DNA of 64,000 nucleotides from Octopus sinensis (lineage: Eukaryota), in the NCBI RefSeq assembly GCF_006345805.1, contig NC_042997.1, positions 177,692,001-177,756,000 on the forward strand, in the 5' to 3' direction. Below, one piece after another: positions 15,474-29,705 of the stretch. The translations under genes were made by a program, and so were the position numbers. The first letter of the stretch is position 1. Each line of letters begins with the position of its first letter. Under the pieces are notes generated by a model, which saw nothing but the letters and a program-made list of their open reading frames with translations, was not told where the DNA came from and ran no database searches.

Positions 15474-15722
15474 GGTGGAGGCGCGTGGCTAAGTGGTAAG
15501 GGTGTCAGCATCATGATCGTAAGATTGTGGTTTCGATGTCTGGACCGGGCGACGCATTTTGTTCTTGAGCAAAACACTTCATTTCACGTTGCTCCAGTCC
15601 ACTCAGCTGGCAAAAATGAGTAACGCTGCGATGGACTGACGTCCCGTCCAGCTGGGGAACACATACGCCATTGAAACCGGGAAATTGGGCCCATGAGACT
15701 GGCTAGGCTTTAAAAGCGCGCA
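15474..15722 (+). mobile_element. Chimeric SINE: head H2/CORE-like body with tail T1
   Basis: ggcgcgtggctaagtggtaagg...ttgagcaaaacacttc...ctggcaaaaatgag, then gtcccgtccag...gaaaccgggaa shared with the 2968 copy. Confidence 0.8.
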
Positions 15723-15751
15723 TTTATTATTATTATTTTTTATTATTATTA

Positions 15752-15807
<56 letters not shown>

Positions 15808-17632
15808 GTGTGCAGCAAGGAAGGAAGTGTGAACACAAGAAGCTGTGCAGGTATGATTGTATGGGTACGCTGCACCTTGAGCAAGTGTCTTCTATCACAG
15901 TCTCTATTTGAACGGTCGTTGGAATAATTTGAGAAACGGTATCGATGCGAAGGTCTGCGTTAGTTTCTTTCGACGAAAAAGGAGCACTCCTCGAATGATG
16001 TCCTTAACGAGATCGAAGCCTTTTATACCGAGTTGTAAACGTTCTCTGACAGATATGCAGTGAACTAGGAATTTTAACCAATTGGCAACTTGTAACCAAT
16101 GAAGCAGTTCTTCAGAAACCGCCATACAAAATAAACAATATAAAGTGAAATATATAAATTGAGATCAGAATAGATTTAAAGGAGAAGCCTCAACATGCAA
16201 GAAATAACTACCAAATCATTCTCAAGTTACACATTAATGTCTTCGTAAATAAAAGCCACATTGGACAATATAACCCTATGTAAGTAATATGAGTTAGCAA
16301 CAGTTGACCTGGGGTTAAACAACAACAGCCACTCAGATGTAACTGAGCTGGTTACCACTACTGACATATTTCCACAAAAAAAAATCCAAAACTTTAATTA
16401 TGTTCGGAGCCCTTAGATATAGCTTTTATCACGATATAACTTTTTTTTTTTAATTTTATTTGTAAAGTTTAAGGTTTGTTAAAGCGATTCATGGCATCGC
16501 TGTTTTTCCAAATGGCCTTGAGGTTTTAGAAAAGCTGAAGTGTCATCTCATTATGTAGAAAATATGGTTTGCTCTGAACGTGATGAAACGAATCGCGCAG
16601 TAAATGGTTTCGAAACATTAACACGCCCTTTTCCCTGCGTTTTAATTTTACACACACAAGCACACATATACATATATACAAGCAAACTCACGTACACACA
16701 GATACACACGCGCGCGCGCGCGCGCAATCACTCACTCGTTTGACACATCCGTTTGCGTAATCATAGACGGTTTTACGCAACTTTTGGTGATTACAGTCGA
16801 ACACTGATTAAATCTGGTAATCGGAAGCTCCTAATTACAAAGCTGTTCAGACGTTTGTGTAAAGCTGTCGTGCAGGTTCCAGCTCATTTCGATTCCTTGC
16901 AATTATATTCCTTGCAGCTGTGTCTCAAACAATAATATGCCTTTAAAAATCTATTTCTGACCACGCTGATAACATGACACGTATTCTACTTACACCTATC
17001 AAGCTTGTAATCAATGCCGTTACTTCTAAGTTAAACTGAGCAAACGGAAAATGTGCGGAAGCCCATCAGGTCGATTATGGTTGTTCATGGTTTGTGGACT
17101 TGATCCGTCACTTGGTTTAACACTATTACATGTCTCTTATATGCCTTTAGCTGAGTCCTCTCTCTTTTTAAAGCATTCTGACCAGCTCTCCGGTTTGAGA
17201 ATAACTCGATATATTGATGTGCTGGTCTCTACTATAGAAACCACGAATTACAATCGCTTTTGTCTTTTTCATTTTCCTTTGCTACTTTCAAATGCATTGC
17301 ATGGTTACTTCCCTTTCCGCCTTTGATTACGATATTTAAAATTTCTGAAATATTTTCAAATATCTAATCACTGCGAGATCATTAATACTACTTGTGTCTA
17401 TCTGGCTTAAAATCAGTTTTGCTATTTTGATGGTTAGCTTCTCAGAAACTGACTGTGATTCAATGTTTTGTTTTTGTTTTTGTTTTTGTTTTTGTTTTAT
17501 TATTATTATTATTAGAAGGAATAGAATAAAACTGAGCGAAACATATTTAATCTTATATGTAATACCATGATACAATTATAGAAAACTGTTTGGATAGATC
17601 TAAAAATTCGTTAGATCTCAATATAATAAAAG

Positions 17633-17736
<104 letters not shown>

Positions 17737-17892
17737 TACAAATGGAAACCAAAAATTATAGACACTTTCAGCAATACTTTCTTCAGGTTGGCTGCTAAAA
17801 GGTGGTTCTCTTCTGGTTACTTAACTGAAGTTTGATCTTGATCGTTCCAGCTTTTTCCTTTTTTTTTTTTTTCTTTGTATTACAGAGTAAGT

Positions 17893-18560
17893 ATGGCAGC
17901 TCCGCTAGCAGTATGCACTAAAGAATAACAGCGATCAATGATCCGATTACTCTGGTTTGAAAGTGTGTCCGAGGCTGAAATTCATCGCAGGCTGGTACAA
18001 TACGAGGACAGCGCTCTATAGCGGAGAAGTATGTGTGAGTGGATCTTAAGTTGCAAGAAGACTGGACAAGCTGAAGCACGAAGGAACACCCATCAACCTC
18101 CACCACTGACTTGAAGATTCAATAAGCTCGAGAGAGGCTTTCTGGCGAACCGACGAGTGACCGTCGATGAGGTGGCATGTTCTCTGCAAATTAGTCATGG
18201 TTCAGCATTCGAAATCATCCGCGAAAACCTTCGCTTCCGTAAAGTCTGTACTAGATGAGTGCCAAGAGAACTTACCGAAGCGCGTAAGCATAATCGTGTG
18301 GAGATCTCTCGTCGCTTACACGACATTTACAGAGAAGAAGGCGAAGTATTTTTGGAGAGAATAGTCACATAAAATGAGACCTGGGTCCGTTACTTTGAGC
18401 CAGAATCCAAAAGGCAGAGTATGGAATAGAAACACCGGCAATCGACAGCTAAAGAGAAATTCAAGACTCAACCTTCCACAGAAAAAGTGATGCTAACCGT
18501 TTTGGTGGATGCAAAAGAGCTCATGCTGAAACATTATCTGAAAGAGGGGCACACAAACGA
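17893..18560 (+). pseudogene. Degenerate mariner transposase, N-terminal half (irritans-like)
   Basis: MAAPLAVCTKE*QRSMIRLLW...ISHGSAFEIIRENLRFRKVCTR*VPRELT...ERIVT*NETWVRYFEPESKRQSME*KH...KVMLTV; cut off by a SINE C fragment. Confidence 0.9.
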
Positions 18561-18754
18561 ATGATGTATTAGTTGAATGAATCGACTCCAGTACTTATTT
18601 TTTTAGCCTGGTACTTATAATATCGGTCTCTATTGCCGAACCTCTGAGTTATGCGGACGTAAACACAGAAACACTCGTTGTCAAGCGGTGGTATGGAACA
18701 AGCACAGAAACAAAGAGACACGCATACATAGGTACATATAGATACTTACATATA

Positions 18755-18809
<55 letters not shown>

Positions 18810-18821
18810 CTACCCCCAACC

Positions 18822-19310
18822 ACCACCAAGGTTGCCAAAATTACGACCAACTACTACGACCAACAATCACTACTGTTGCTACCATTGGAACATAAGGTAA
18901 CAAAAAAGCGGTTCCTTTTAATACCAGCAAGAAACAATAATGGACTTCTTCAATACACTCAACAGTAATATAGCGATTATACCGACAATACACCACCACA
19001 TGGATTCTATTGAGAACAGTAAGAAACGATTATGAACTTTTCAATTTTCACTTTTTATAATATTTTTGATAAGGTTCGTTTTTTCAAGAACATGGATTCT
19101 ATTGAGACCAGTAAAAAACGATTATGAACTTCTCCATTACACTTTTCTTCTCCATTACACTTTTTATAATATTTTTGATAAGGTTCGTTTTTTCAAGAAC
19201 CGAAACATGTAAAATTCATAAAAAAATTAAAATTTATCTAATATAGTGGCGTTTTCAAACTTCTTTTTTACAAATATATACCCACTCGTATACGATCTAC
19301 TCTTATTATA
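18822..19310 (+). mobile_element. Penelope-like terminal fragment with hammerhead, between (TA)n tracts
   Basis: Hammerhead at 19171-19215; internal ~92-bp tandem duplication at ~18998-19200. Confidence 0.65.
19171..19215 (+). ncRNA. Minimal type I hammerhead ribozyme, U3-A8 core variant
   Basis: attt-TTGATAA-ggttc(gttttttcaa)gaacc-GAAA-catg-TA-aaat. Confidence 0.7.
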
Positions 19311-19341
19311 AATAAATATATATATATATATATATATATAG

Positions 19342-19417
<76 letters not shown>

Positions 19418-19540
19418 CCCACTAGAATGGGAGCAAGCGCTAATCCGAAATCCGAATGATATGATATGATATATATGTAAAAAATGTAATATATAAATAA
19501 ATATCTACAAATATGAACCATCTGATCTGATTACCTCAAT

Positions 19541-19596
<56 letters not shown>

Positions 19597-19624
19597 CATG
19601 TATATGTATGTGTGTGTGTATACC

Positions 19625-19781
19625 ATGAACTTTCTGTCTCCGCCTACCAAATCCACTCACAAGGCTTTGGTCGGCTCGAAACTATAGTAAAAGACACTTA
19701 CTCAGGTGCCATGCAGTGGGGCTGAACCCGGAACCATGTCCTTTGGAGCAAACTTCTTACCGCGCATCCATGTCTGAGCCT
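19625..19781 (-). mobile_element. SINE family C, 5' part
   Basis: ctaccaaatccactcacaaggctttggtcggc...gaacccggaaccatg. Confidence 0.8.
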
Positions 19782-19827
19782 ATATATATATATATATATA
19801 TATACATATTTACATACATACACACAC

Positions 19828-19915
<88 letters not shown>

Positions 19916-19916
<1 letters not shown>

Positions 19917-20052
19917 TGCGTTAGAAATAAAAGTTCTGCGCTCAGTGTCGGTCTAAGAATATATCTGTATCTGTTTTTCGCGTGTGCGTGTAGATAGATA
20001 CAGATTATTCCTTAGGCCAACATTGAACTCAGAATTTTTATTTCTAACGTAA
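19916..20052. repeat. Imperfect foldback (~57-bp arms)
   Basis: ttgcgttagaaataaaagttctg... versus ...cagaatttttatttctaacgtaa. Confidence 0.75.
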
Positions 20053-20368
20053 GATTTCAACCACATTGCTACAGAACAGAGAGATAACTTATTTTACTTC
20101 TTTCTTAACTTCCGTTCCATTCTGTACTGCATATAAGACTGTCCTTATACAGTTCATGTCACCAATGTCTTTTCTTCCAGGCTATATATATATATATATT
20201 TTTTTTTTTTTTCTATAGGAAGACGTTGCTTGTTCTTCATTTGTTTCTTCTCCATTTCTGCGAACGGTTCCTACGACCTTTCTGCGCAATGTAGTCGATT
20301 CCGAGAGGCAGACAGACAGAGAGAAAGACATGTCTCAGTGCTTGACTGATACTTTATTTGTCGACACC

Positions 20369-20599
20369 TATTTCTTTATTACCCACAAGGGGCTAAACCC
20401 AGAGGGGACAAACAAGGACAGACATAGGTATTAAGTCGATTACATCGACCCCAGTGTGTAACTGGTACTATATTTATCGACCCCGAAAGGATGAAAGGCA
20501 AAGTCGACCTCGGCGGAATTTGAACTCACAACGTAACGCAGACGGAATACCGCTAAGCATTTCGCCCGGCGTGCTAACGTTTCTGCCAGCTCGACGCCT
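20369..20599 (-). mobile_element. SINE family A, tailless subtype, ~16-bp TSD
   Basis: Full-length; tttatttgtcgacacc on both sides. Confidence 0.9.
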
Positions 20600-21253
20600 T
20601 TTATTTGTCGACACCGTAAAGGTGGACAGTAAAGTTGCCTGCGGCGAGATTTGATATCAGGGCGCAGAAAGCCAAAACAAATACCACAATGCAATCTGTT
20701 TGGCGTCCTAACGATTTTTGTCAGTTCGCCATTTTTATTTTTTTATTTTTCGGGGTAAAATATACATGAAACAGTTTTGCGTGTTGGACACTATCTATTA
20801 ACCCGATTGACATCAATAAAGGGGAAGAACATAGCAGGGGTTGTTACATTCGTAGCTTCTCCGAGGGATTTGTTCCATTCAGTTGGTCTATTTTATATTC
20901 ATTTGATAAAATAAATTCTCGTGAAATCAAAGGAAAATTTCAAAATCTCTTTAAGCCCTTGTCAACTGATTGGTTTTTCATATTACAACGACCACCAGAC
21001 ACCACTTCCTCCCATATAATCTAGAAATATTCAAAAATGGAGACAAAACAAATAAAACATTGATTTTAACCTTCAACAATGACAGCGGGCTTACCTTTCT
21101 CTCAGCCTTTAATCGATCTATCTCTGTAAGTCTCTCTCTGACTGTCGATCTCTCTCTCTCTCTCTCTCCCTTTCTCTTTTTGTATAAATCTTTACCGTTA
21201 TTTGTATATCTGCATATCTATCAATTTATCTAATTCTCTCTCTCCCTACCTCT

Positions 21254-21292
<39 letters not shown>

Positions 21293-21600
21293 ACTCACTC
21301 TCCCACCGTGTGTGTGTGTGTGTGTGTGTCTGCCTAGTCGCTTTCTTATCATTTACATATTTACTTAGTGAAAGTAGCCGCCCCCAGTGTGCGAATATGC
21401 ATGTATGTCTATTAATCTGTTTGTCTGTGAAAGTGCATGGCCTAGTTGTTAGGATGTGGTACTTACGACCGCAAGTTCTTGATGGTTTCGATTCCCAGAC
21501 CGAGCGGTGCGTTATCTTCTTGAACCAAATACTTCATTTCACGTTGCTGCAATTCATTCAGCTGTCCATATATAAATATATATATATATATATAATATAT

Positions 21601-21667
<67 letters not shown>

Positions 21668-21671
<4 letters not shown>

Positions 21672-21975
21672 AAATATTATTAGAGACAAAACCACTATTT
21701 TGCAAAACAAACAAGGAAAGACTTAATCAATAATTTGTAACTGAATTATTGGAAGTCCACCTGAAGATTGTCGATCAAGACAAGAAACGATTGTAGTGGC
21801 GGTTTTTTTGACTATTTATTAAAATTTTATGTATTGATTAAGTCTTTCCTTGTTTGTTTTGCAAAATAGTGGTTTTGTCTCTAATAATATTTTATAATAT
21901 TTTACTATAAAATTGGATTTAATCCTAAATCTGATTTTTTTCCCTGTAAATTTGGATTTATTCCCTAATATTTAT
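21668..21975 (+). mobile_element. Penelope-like foldback remnant with hammerhead, inside (TA)n
   Basis: Perfect ~65-bp inverted repeat 21668-21732 / 21832-21896 enclosing the hammerhead. Confidence 0.8.
21757..21799 (+). ncRNA. Minimal type I hammerhead ribozyme, canonical core
   Basis: ccac-CTGAAGA-ttgtc(gatcaa)gacaa-GAAA-cgattg-TA-gtgg. Confidence 0.8.
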
Positions 21976-21990
21976 TATATATATTATATA

Positions 21991-22111
<121 letters not shown>

Positions 22112-22147
22112 TATACATATATATAAGCATGCATATATGTATGTATG

Positions 22148-22181
<34 letters not shown>

Positions 22182-23304
22182 TGTATGTATGTATGTGTAT
22201 GTATGTATGTATGTATGTATGTATGTATGTATGTATGTATGTATGTATATACTAAAACAAATAAATCTTCCTGTTTCGAGAAAATAATATTCATCAGCTA
22301 ACATTATCAAAGCCTGATGCAAAACGTACAAAAATAAAATTTTATTATACATAAATTTACATTCATTTCCCTCTCATTACGATCAACAATCACAAATATT
22401 TTTATACCCATTACTTTAACATGCAAACCTTTTACTTATTAACAAATAAACCATTTCATTACCTTAAATGTCTTAACTACAATGAAAAATAATTTATATA
22501 AAATTATCCTTTCAGTGTAAGTGGGACATATTATACTTATGCTAATTTTTGCTATATACTAACAAGCGCGTGCCGTCAGTAATTACTCAGGATAGGCAGC
22601 TGGGACATTTACGTAGTAAAACACACACAAAATAAATGAAACAGCCGCGTGACTGAGTTGAAGGCAGATTTACTTCTGCCTTTATATCACGTACAGAAAA
22701 CGTTGTTGTAGAAATGTACGCAGCATGTGTGCAACAGCAGTATTATGCGTAGCTTAAATATAAAGACCGAAAGGCAGGGGCGAATTTTGCCTTCCTAACC
22801 TACCAAAAAATTAAATATTTTGCATTTTATGCATAGTAATCAGAGTAACTTTCATACTTTTATTGAATTAGGTGCATATTTTGCCATAAAAGGAAAATGT
22901 TGCTATCGATCTATTTTATTCAAGGTAGCTACTGCCTACCTTATCTACCTTACCTACCTAGGCGGCACGTTCCTCTATACTAACCTTTTCCAGAAACAAT
23001 TTCCATTACCTCTACTATGTTACGACTTATTTCGATAACAAGAGTTACGGGCGATATGTATACCGTTGAGGGAGGAATGTTGCCATTTGGGTCACTCATA
23101 CACCATGGAAACTGATCAATCAAACCTATGTGTCCTAGGACACAAGAAAATAATGTCCAGGGGACTTACTGTACTTTTTTTTATTTTTCTATCTACTTGC
23201 TAACTAGGTAATAATTTACATATTTACTTGACAGAATACATGTATATCTACAATCAATCTATCAATCTATGAACAACCAAGTACGAGCATCAGATGTAGA
23301 TTTT

Positions 23305-23416
23305 CCAGGTGGCTGTGTGGTAAGAAGCATGCTTCCCAACCACGCGGTTCCAGGTTCAGTCCCACTGCGTAGCACCTTGGGCAAGAGTCTTCTATTATAG
23401 CCTCGGGCCGACCAAA
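23305..23416 (+). mobile_element. SINE family C, 5' fragment
   Basis: gtggctgtgtggtaag...ccttgggcaagagtcttctattatagcctcgggccgaccaaa. Confidence 0.8.
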
Positions 23417-23418
23417 TA

Positions 23419-23682
23419 GTATGAGTGATACTGATTAGCGAGTGGAAAAAGCTGGTAACTGCATAGACAAGAGTGTGAATACATACAAGTATATAAAAAC
23501 AAATGAGCAACTGAGAAAATGAGCAAGTGAGCAAAAATATAAGTGGGTGTGCAGATACTTGTTCCTTACGGCCGTATTATTTTTGCTCGCTTGCTAATTT
23601 GTTTCTATATACTTGTATGTATCCACACCCTTGTCTATGCAGTTACCAGCTTTTTCCACTCGATAATCTGTATAACTCATAC
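23419..23682. repeat. Foldback element (~115-bp arms)
   Basis: cgagtggaaaaagctggtaactgcatagacaag versus cttgtctatgcagttaccagctttttccactcg; the same peptide appears on both strands in the ORF track. Confidence 0.85.
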
Positions 23683-23780
23683 ATCTGTGTGTATTCATCC
23701 TTTACAATTGAATAGACATACCTGAATGTTTACTGGCTGATGTCTGTCGATTTTATATCCTATCCGTTTTCTTATTTGCT

Positions 23781-23837
<57 letters not shown>

Positions 23838-23839
<2 letters not shown>

Positions 23840-24005
23840 GCGGGCTTCTTTCAGTTTCCGTCTACCAAATCCACTCACAAGGCTTTGAATTGCCTGAGAT
23901 TATAGTAGAAGATATTTTCCCAAGGTGCCACGCGGTGGGAATGAACCTGGAACCATGTGGTTGGGAACCCGGAACCATATGTGTTGCAAGCGTCTTACCA
24001 CTCTA
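23838..24005 (-). mobile_element. SINE family C, 5' part
   Basis: cgggcttctttcagtttccgtctaccaaatccactcacaaggc. Confidence 0.8.
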
Positions 24006-27000
24006 CCACACATATAATGTGTGTGTGTGTTTATACACACACACACATATTTTATTTATGCTAACTAATTATCTAAATCACAAATGTGTTCTACATTTTT
24101 TTTTCTTTGTATATGTCTATGTACGCTGTTCTTCAAGAGACACGAAATCGAGTAAATGGGGTGCTAATGATGCATATGAATCAGAAACATGCATCCACAG
24201 TTGTCCTCTTGTCTCCAGACAATCAGACTGCTTTTCCTTCAACAGTTTGGAGAATTCTTGATTCGTAAGGTTATCTTCTCAATTCATTTGGAGTTGGTCC
24301 AAAACGCTACCAACTGATTGGTCTACGTTCTTCGGAAACGAGAATAAATTTTAATAAATCAAAATTTTATCTTGTGTGGTATTTAATAACTCCATTCAGT
24401 TTTTTGGTTCGAATACATATCACTCGCAACTCAGATTTATTTCTTTAAGTTTCACTTTGCGCACGTGCATGAATGTATTTGCATGTATGAGTGCGTGTGT
24501 ATGCATGTGTATGTGCGGGTGTGTTTATAAAATGTGGAAATCTGAAAAACGAACCGAAAAGGAGTTACAACTTTTTATGTTACCTAGTATGACAATCGGG
24601 TCAGAAAGTATACATCATTTTCAAGCAATTTATTCTGATCGGAAATATCTATCAACGTAATTATTCATAATTTGTTTACTATTGTCCGAGGAGAGAGTAT
24701 TTTGCGTTTCAAATTGTGTTGCCATAGAATATAATTGATATTGACAACCGTTCAATGTGAAAAGACCAAAGATGAATATAAATGTGTCAAGAAGGATCAA
24801 CACGAAGGAAAATAAAGCAAAGACTCTGAATTGTGAAATTAATCGATTTGAATTATCAAAAGTTGGTAGTTACGCTCGGAGTATTAACCTCCTCCTTATA
24901 GAAAAAATTGTTTCGGTTGGTTTGATCCCTGATTGTGATTGGGCGTCTTTTATAAATTGTACAACATTGCATTCAAACTAGGAAGCTTTATTTATTATTA
25001 TCCGCTAAGCCAATGACGCGTGTACAATAAATGTTGCAGTTTTGGGTTATTTATATTGATCTTTCTGTAAATACAGAGATATTTTTTTAAGTTTCCACTT
25101 TGCTTCTCGATGTGTTACGGACATTTCATAGAATAGTAGTTAGATGATGCTCACCAAAGTTAATCTTAACACAAATAACTGGCAATAAAATCTACATTTA
25201 TAACGTCTCATGCACTTTTAAAATGTAAGAGTATTACTCTTACTCTTCTTGAGAATGGAACATAATTCTGTGAGTTTTCAATGATTATTATAGAGACTTG
25301 TAGAAAAATTGTAGAGTTCGGCGAAGTAAGAGGCTATCTCTATTGTGCATAGATTGAGAAAAATGGATTCAACAGTGCCAGAACCGGTCTTAGATTGAAA
25401 CGATAAGAGGCTTTTTCGCCCTTGGTATGTATGTGAACGTAAAAAAAGTCAGGGCGAAAATAGAGGAAAATTTTTAAACGTTTCTTTTGGCTTAGAAGCA
25501 TTTATGTCATAAATGGTTGAACACATATGATACAAGGAAAGAAACTGATAGAGAATGGATTGTTTATAACTGATAGAGAACTACAGTGAAAATTTAGTAA
25601 AACAAGCGCTACATAGCATCCCTGAGATTTAATCAACTATTGGTATGCACCCGAAACTTGCAAACTATGGTGAGAAGTTCAAAAGCTGGCGAAGCATCAA
25701 ACCGCCTAACTTAATAAGCAAGTAATACCAAAATGACTACAGTCAACCTACAAATAAAAGGAAGTTTCAAGTTGATCAAAGAGCAACTGTCTAGCCGTGG
25801 ACTTCTGAGAAAACACATAAACCAACACCACTGGTCGAAGCACAAGTGATTAAAAATTAATTGAGGAAACAGAAAATTCGATTAAACTAATAGAAACGTA
25901 GTGTGCATGTAAATTTTTAAAATTGTTTAATCTGTAAAAAGGAAGTTAATAGTGCGAAGAATGATAGTATTTTCCAATTTATTTGACATTATATAACTTT
26001 CATTGAGTCAATATTTGTTTTTTGAAACTAGACTTTCTAGTGCGTATCGAGAAATTAGCAACTGAATAATTCAAAAACTATATCAGCAAATATAAAGGGA
26101 TTCAAAATAATAGTCTAGGGTCGAACTGTTTTGTGCTGTATACATAGTCAAGGCAAGCTATATCATGACTAGAAGAAAAGACATTTTGGAATTTTCTCAC
26201 AGTTAGTGCCAAATAATTATACAGGTTATGTGACTGGGGTATCGGTCTATTTGATGGTAAATTAAATCAGACTGGTTGGGTTAGTAATTCTCTTGGTCCA
26301 ACCGTCTTGTTCTATTTGACTTACGTAATTTATCGTGTGCCTATAGATAATGTAAAATATTTCCATCAAGATCCAGGGCGAATAACTTTTCTGTGATTAG
26401 TTATGAAGTGTAAGACATCATATACTGCATTTAGTTAGTAGGATTGGCAGTGTCTAGTATATATATATATTGATAAAAACGGTAAGACAACAAAAGAAAG
26501 AAAGAGACCTCGATATTATGTAAATAGTGGAATTTATATATATATATATAAACGCACCTTTGCTTGCGTTTTCTAAAAGATATTTCCAAATAAGTCGGTA
26601 AATGAGAGGAAATATGGCAAGGTGACTAGATCATTACATCTCTCAGTTTCACTGCTTGTGAATCTAAAATATCGATACCTACATCGATGTGTTAAATCAT
26701 ATAACTACAACGATATGAAATTTCTATAAGAGAAATCACAGCAGTAAGAATCAGTACTTTTAACGCTTGATTTATATCCTAATACACAAGCCATGTTGAG
26801 CTAATACCAGCTCAACGTGGTTGTTACTACTGAAAGACAAATATAAATAACCCAAAACTGCAACGTTAATTGCACTTGCTGCAGCGACTTAAGCAGCTGT
26901 ACCTTATGAATACTCATCACGATGAAACAAGGCCACATAATTTAACGGGAAGAAGTACAGTCTATTAAATTGACTGGCCCCAGTTATATTTAGTGTTCGT

Positions 27001-28423
27001 TTTATTGACAGACTCACCTATACCCAAACCTGCTCAGAAGCGTGATAAGCAAAGACGGTTTTGGTAGCATTGAAACTTCAAAAGAAACAAGTACATAAAT
27101 ATCCAGCAAAATATCAAATCTGACAGTTCATCCTTTCGGCAACTCCACCACCCGGAGAATAAACCAATGAAAATACTCGGTGACTATGTTATTAAGTGCT
27201 GAAGAACTTCTCTCTCTACAGTGAGGAACGATAACAACTATTGAAATCTGCCCTTGTTTTGCATATAATAAATATATCAACACAGCAATTTTATAGTAAT
27301 TTCCTTTAGTCGTTTGTTTGTTTGTTTGTTTTTAATGATATTGACTTTTTCTTTTTATCTATTTTATTTTACTTTATTTTGTTTCTTTGATTCTTTATGT
27401 GATATTGTTTTTGTTTTTTTTTTTCATCTTCTCTTTCACCGGCCCGACAGTTGTTATCTTTTACCGGACTATCAACCATAAAACGCGAATCTCTAGTAAA
27501 ATAGAATTTCCATTTTTATTGTACTTCTTATCTGACAATCGATATTTAAGTTTAATAAAAGAAAATAAATAAAACGGTTAAATCATCATTTCTCAACAGA
27601 CTCCAGCTTTCAGAGCACAGTTCGGGTTATTTAACTTGGTTTATTTCTGTTATTTTTAGTTGCTTCTTTTTTATGATATATTATTGTATATAAACTCTTT
27701 CTTTCTTTCTTTTTTTTATTATCTAAACAAAGGCCTAAATTCCTATTTACAAATAACATTCTCAAGACGTTTTCATCAATGCATCATCATTTTCCCACTA
27801 AAATACTTTCAAAGCAGCGTTATTTATTTTTTTCATCGATGTACCATATTTTCTTTTTTTCTTGTATTGTTATGCCTTCTCTTTTCATTTGATTTTAAAT
27901 TTATTTATTTATCTATTAATCTATTTATTTCGTGGCTTTGTTATATCTGTAATTTTACTTTACTTCAATAATAATCGAACTTTAAGAAGCACAAAGTGCC
28001 AGGTATCATGTGCATGAATTCTTTTAGCATTTTGCTAGATAAAATCGAAAATCTCATCGTATTGATGTTTGGTTGGACATAAGCTACAAGAGTATTGATT
28101 TTATTTTTACTATATTACCCTTTAGAGAAATTAACTATAAAGGAAAGGAATTTGTGAAGTTGGCGCCATTTTTCTTTTGTCTCGTTTCCAGTTTATATTT
28201 TTTTTTTTTTTCAAAAATTATTTGTTTTACGTTTTATTCCTTCCATGTACAAATGATCTGTTAGACTTCAAAAAGTAGGAATTTAAAAGGAAAATATAAA
28301 CATACAGAGATAGTAACGCACATGAAATGTATATACATACATACATACATACATACATACATACATACATACATACATGTAAATATATATATGTATATAT
28401 ATATATATATAATATATATATAT

Positions 28424-28512
<89 letters not shown>

Positions 28513-29095
28513 ATAATATATATATATTATATATATATCTTTATATATATATATACATACATATATATATATATATGCATATATATATATATATCTATAT
28601 ATATATATATATCTTTATATGTATATATATATATATATCTTTATATGTATATATATATATATACATCTTTATATATATATATATATATATATATGCATAG
28701 ATATATATATATCTTTATATATATATATATATGTGTGTGTGTGTATGTGTGTGTGCGTGTGTGTGTGTGTGTATGCATGCATGTATGTATGTTTATGTGT
28801 ACGTACATGTATGTATATACGTGTGTAAATATGAACATATACGCATTATCATGCACACACATATACATAAAAATACATATATGTTCATATTTATAGACTG
28901 TTTTTATTGACATACTCTTGCTTTTATGGTTGCTACAGTTCTTGTGCCTCTCATCATAGCAGTTTCTGTTTGTTTTTTGCCTCTAATCTTTCCAATACTG
29001 TTGATAATATTCTTGTATATCTCTGCTGTTGGCATTGTAAATAATTTTTGAGCTAATATGGTGCATGCATGTGTTACATACACACACACATATAT

Positions 29096-29191
<96 letters not shown>

Positions 29192-29540
29192 GTACATATA
29201 TATATATGTATATATATATACATACATACACATACATACATATTTAATTACTTACATACAAGCAAGCATACATACAAGTATATGTGTATGTATTTGTGCT
29301 TATATATGTTGGTATACATTGACATTTTACATACTTGTATTTGCTTATGCTGTTCAAATACCTGCCATTGACCATTCCATGTTATTTGTCTTCGATCCTT
29401 TTTCTTTAATTTATGCACATCACCAAGGTCAAAAATGTCTAATTCTGCATAAGTTTAAGTCTTTGTTTTTTGTATAAGTTACGCAATATTTGCAGTTTGT
29501 TGATTGTATAATATATATATAGAGAGAGAGAGGGAGGGGG

Positions 29541-29705
29541 AGGCGCAGTAATGGTTGTGTGGTAAGTAGCTTGCTTACTAACCACATGGTTCTGGGTTCA
29601 GTCCCACTAAGTGGCACCTTGGGCAAGTGACTTCTACTATAGCCTCGGGCCAATCAAAGCCTTGTGAGTGGATTTGGTAGACAGAAACTGAGAGAAGCCT
29701 GTTGT
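29541..29705 (+). mobile_element. SINE family C, 5' half
   Basis: ggttgtgtggtaagtagcttgc...ggcaccttgggcaagtgacttctactatagcc. Confidence 0.85.

Noticed and set aside
22265-22300. CTGATGA...GAAA on the minus strand
   Set aside because: No stem II or stem I pairing.
24155-24200. CTAATGA...GAAACATG hammerhead-like string
   Set aside because: G5 is lost, and stem II and the UH site are unconvincing.
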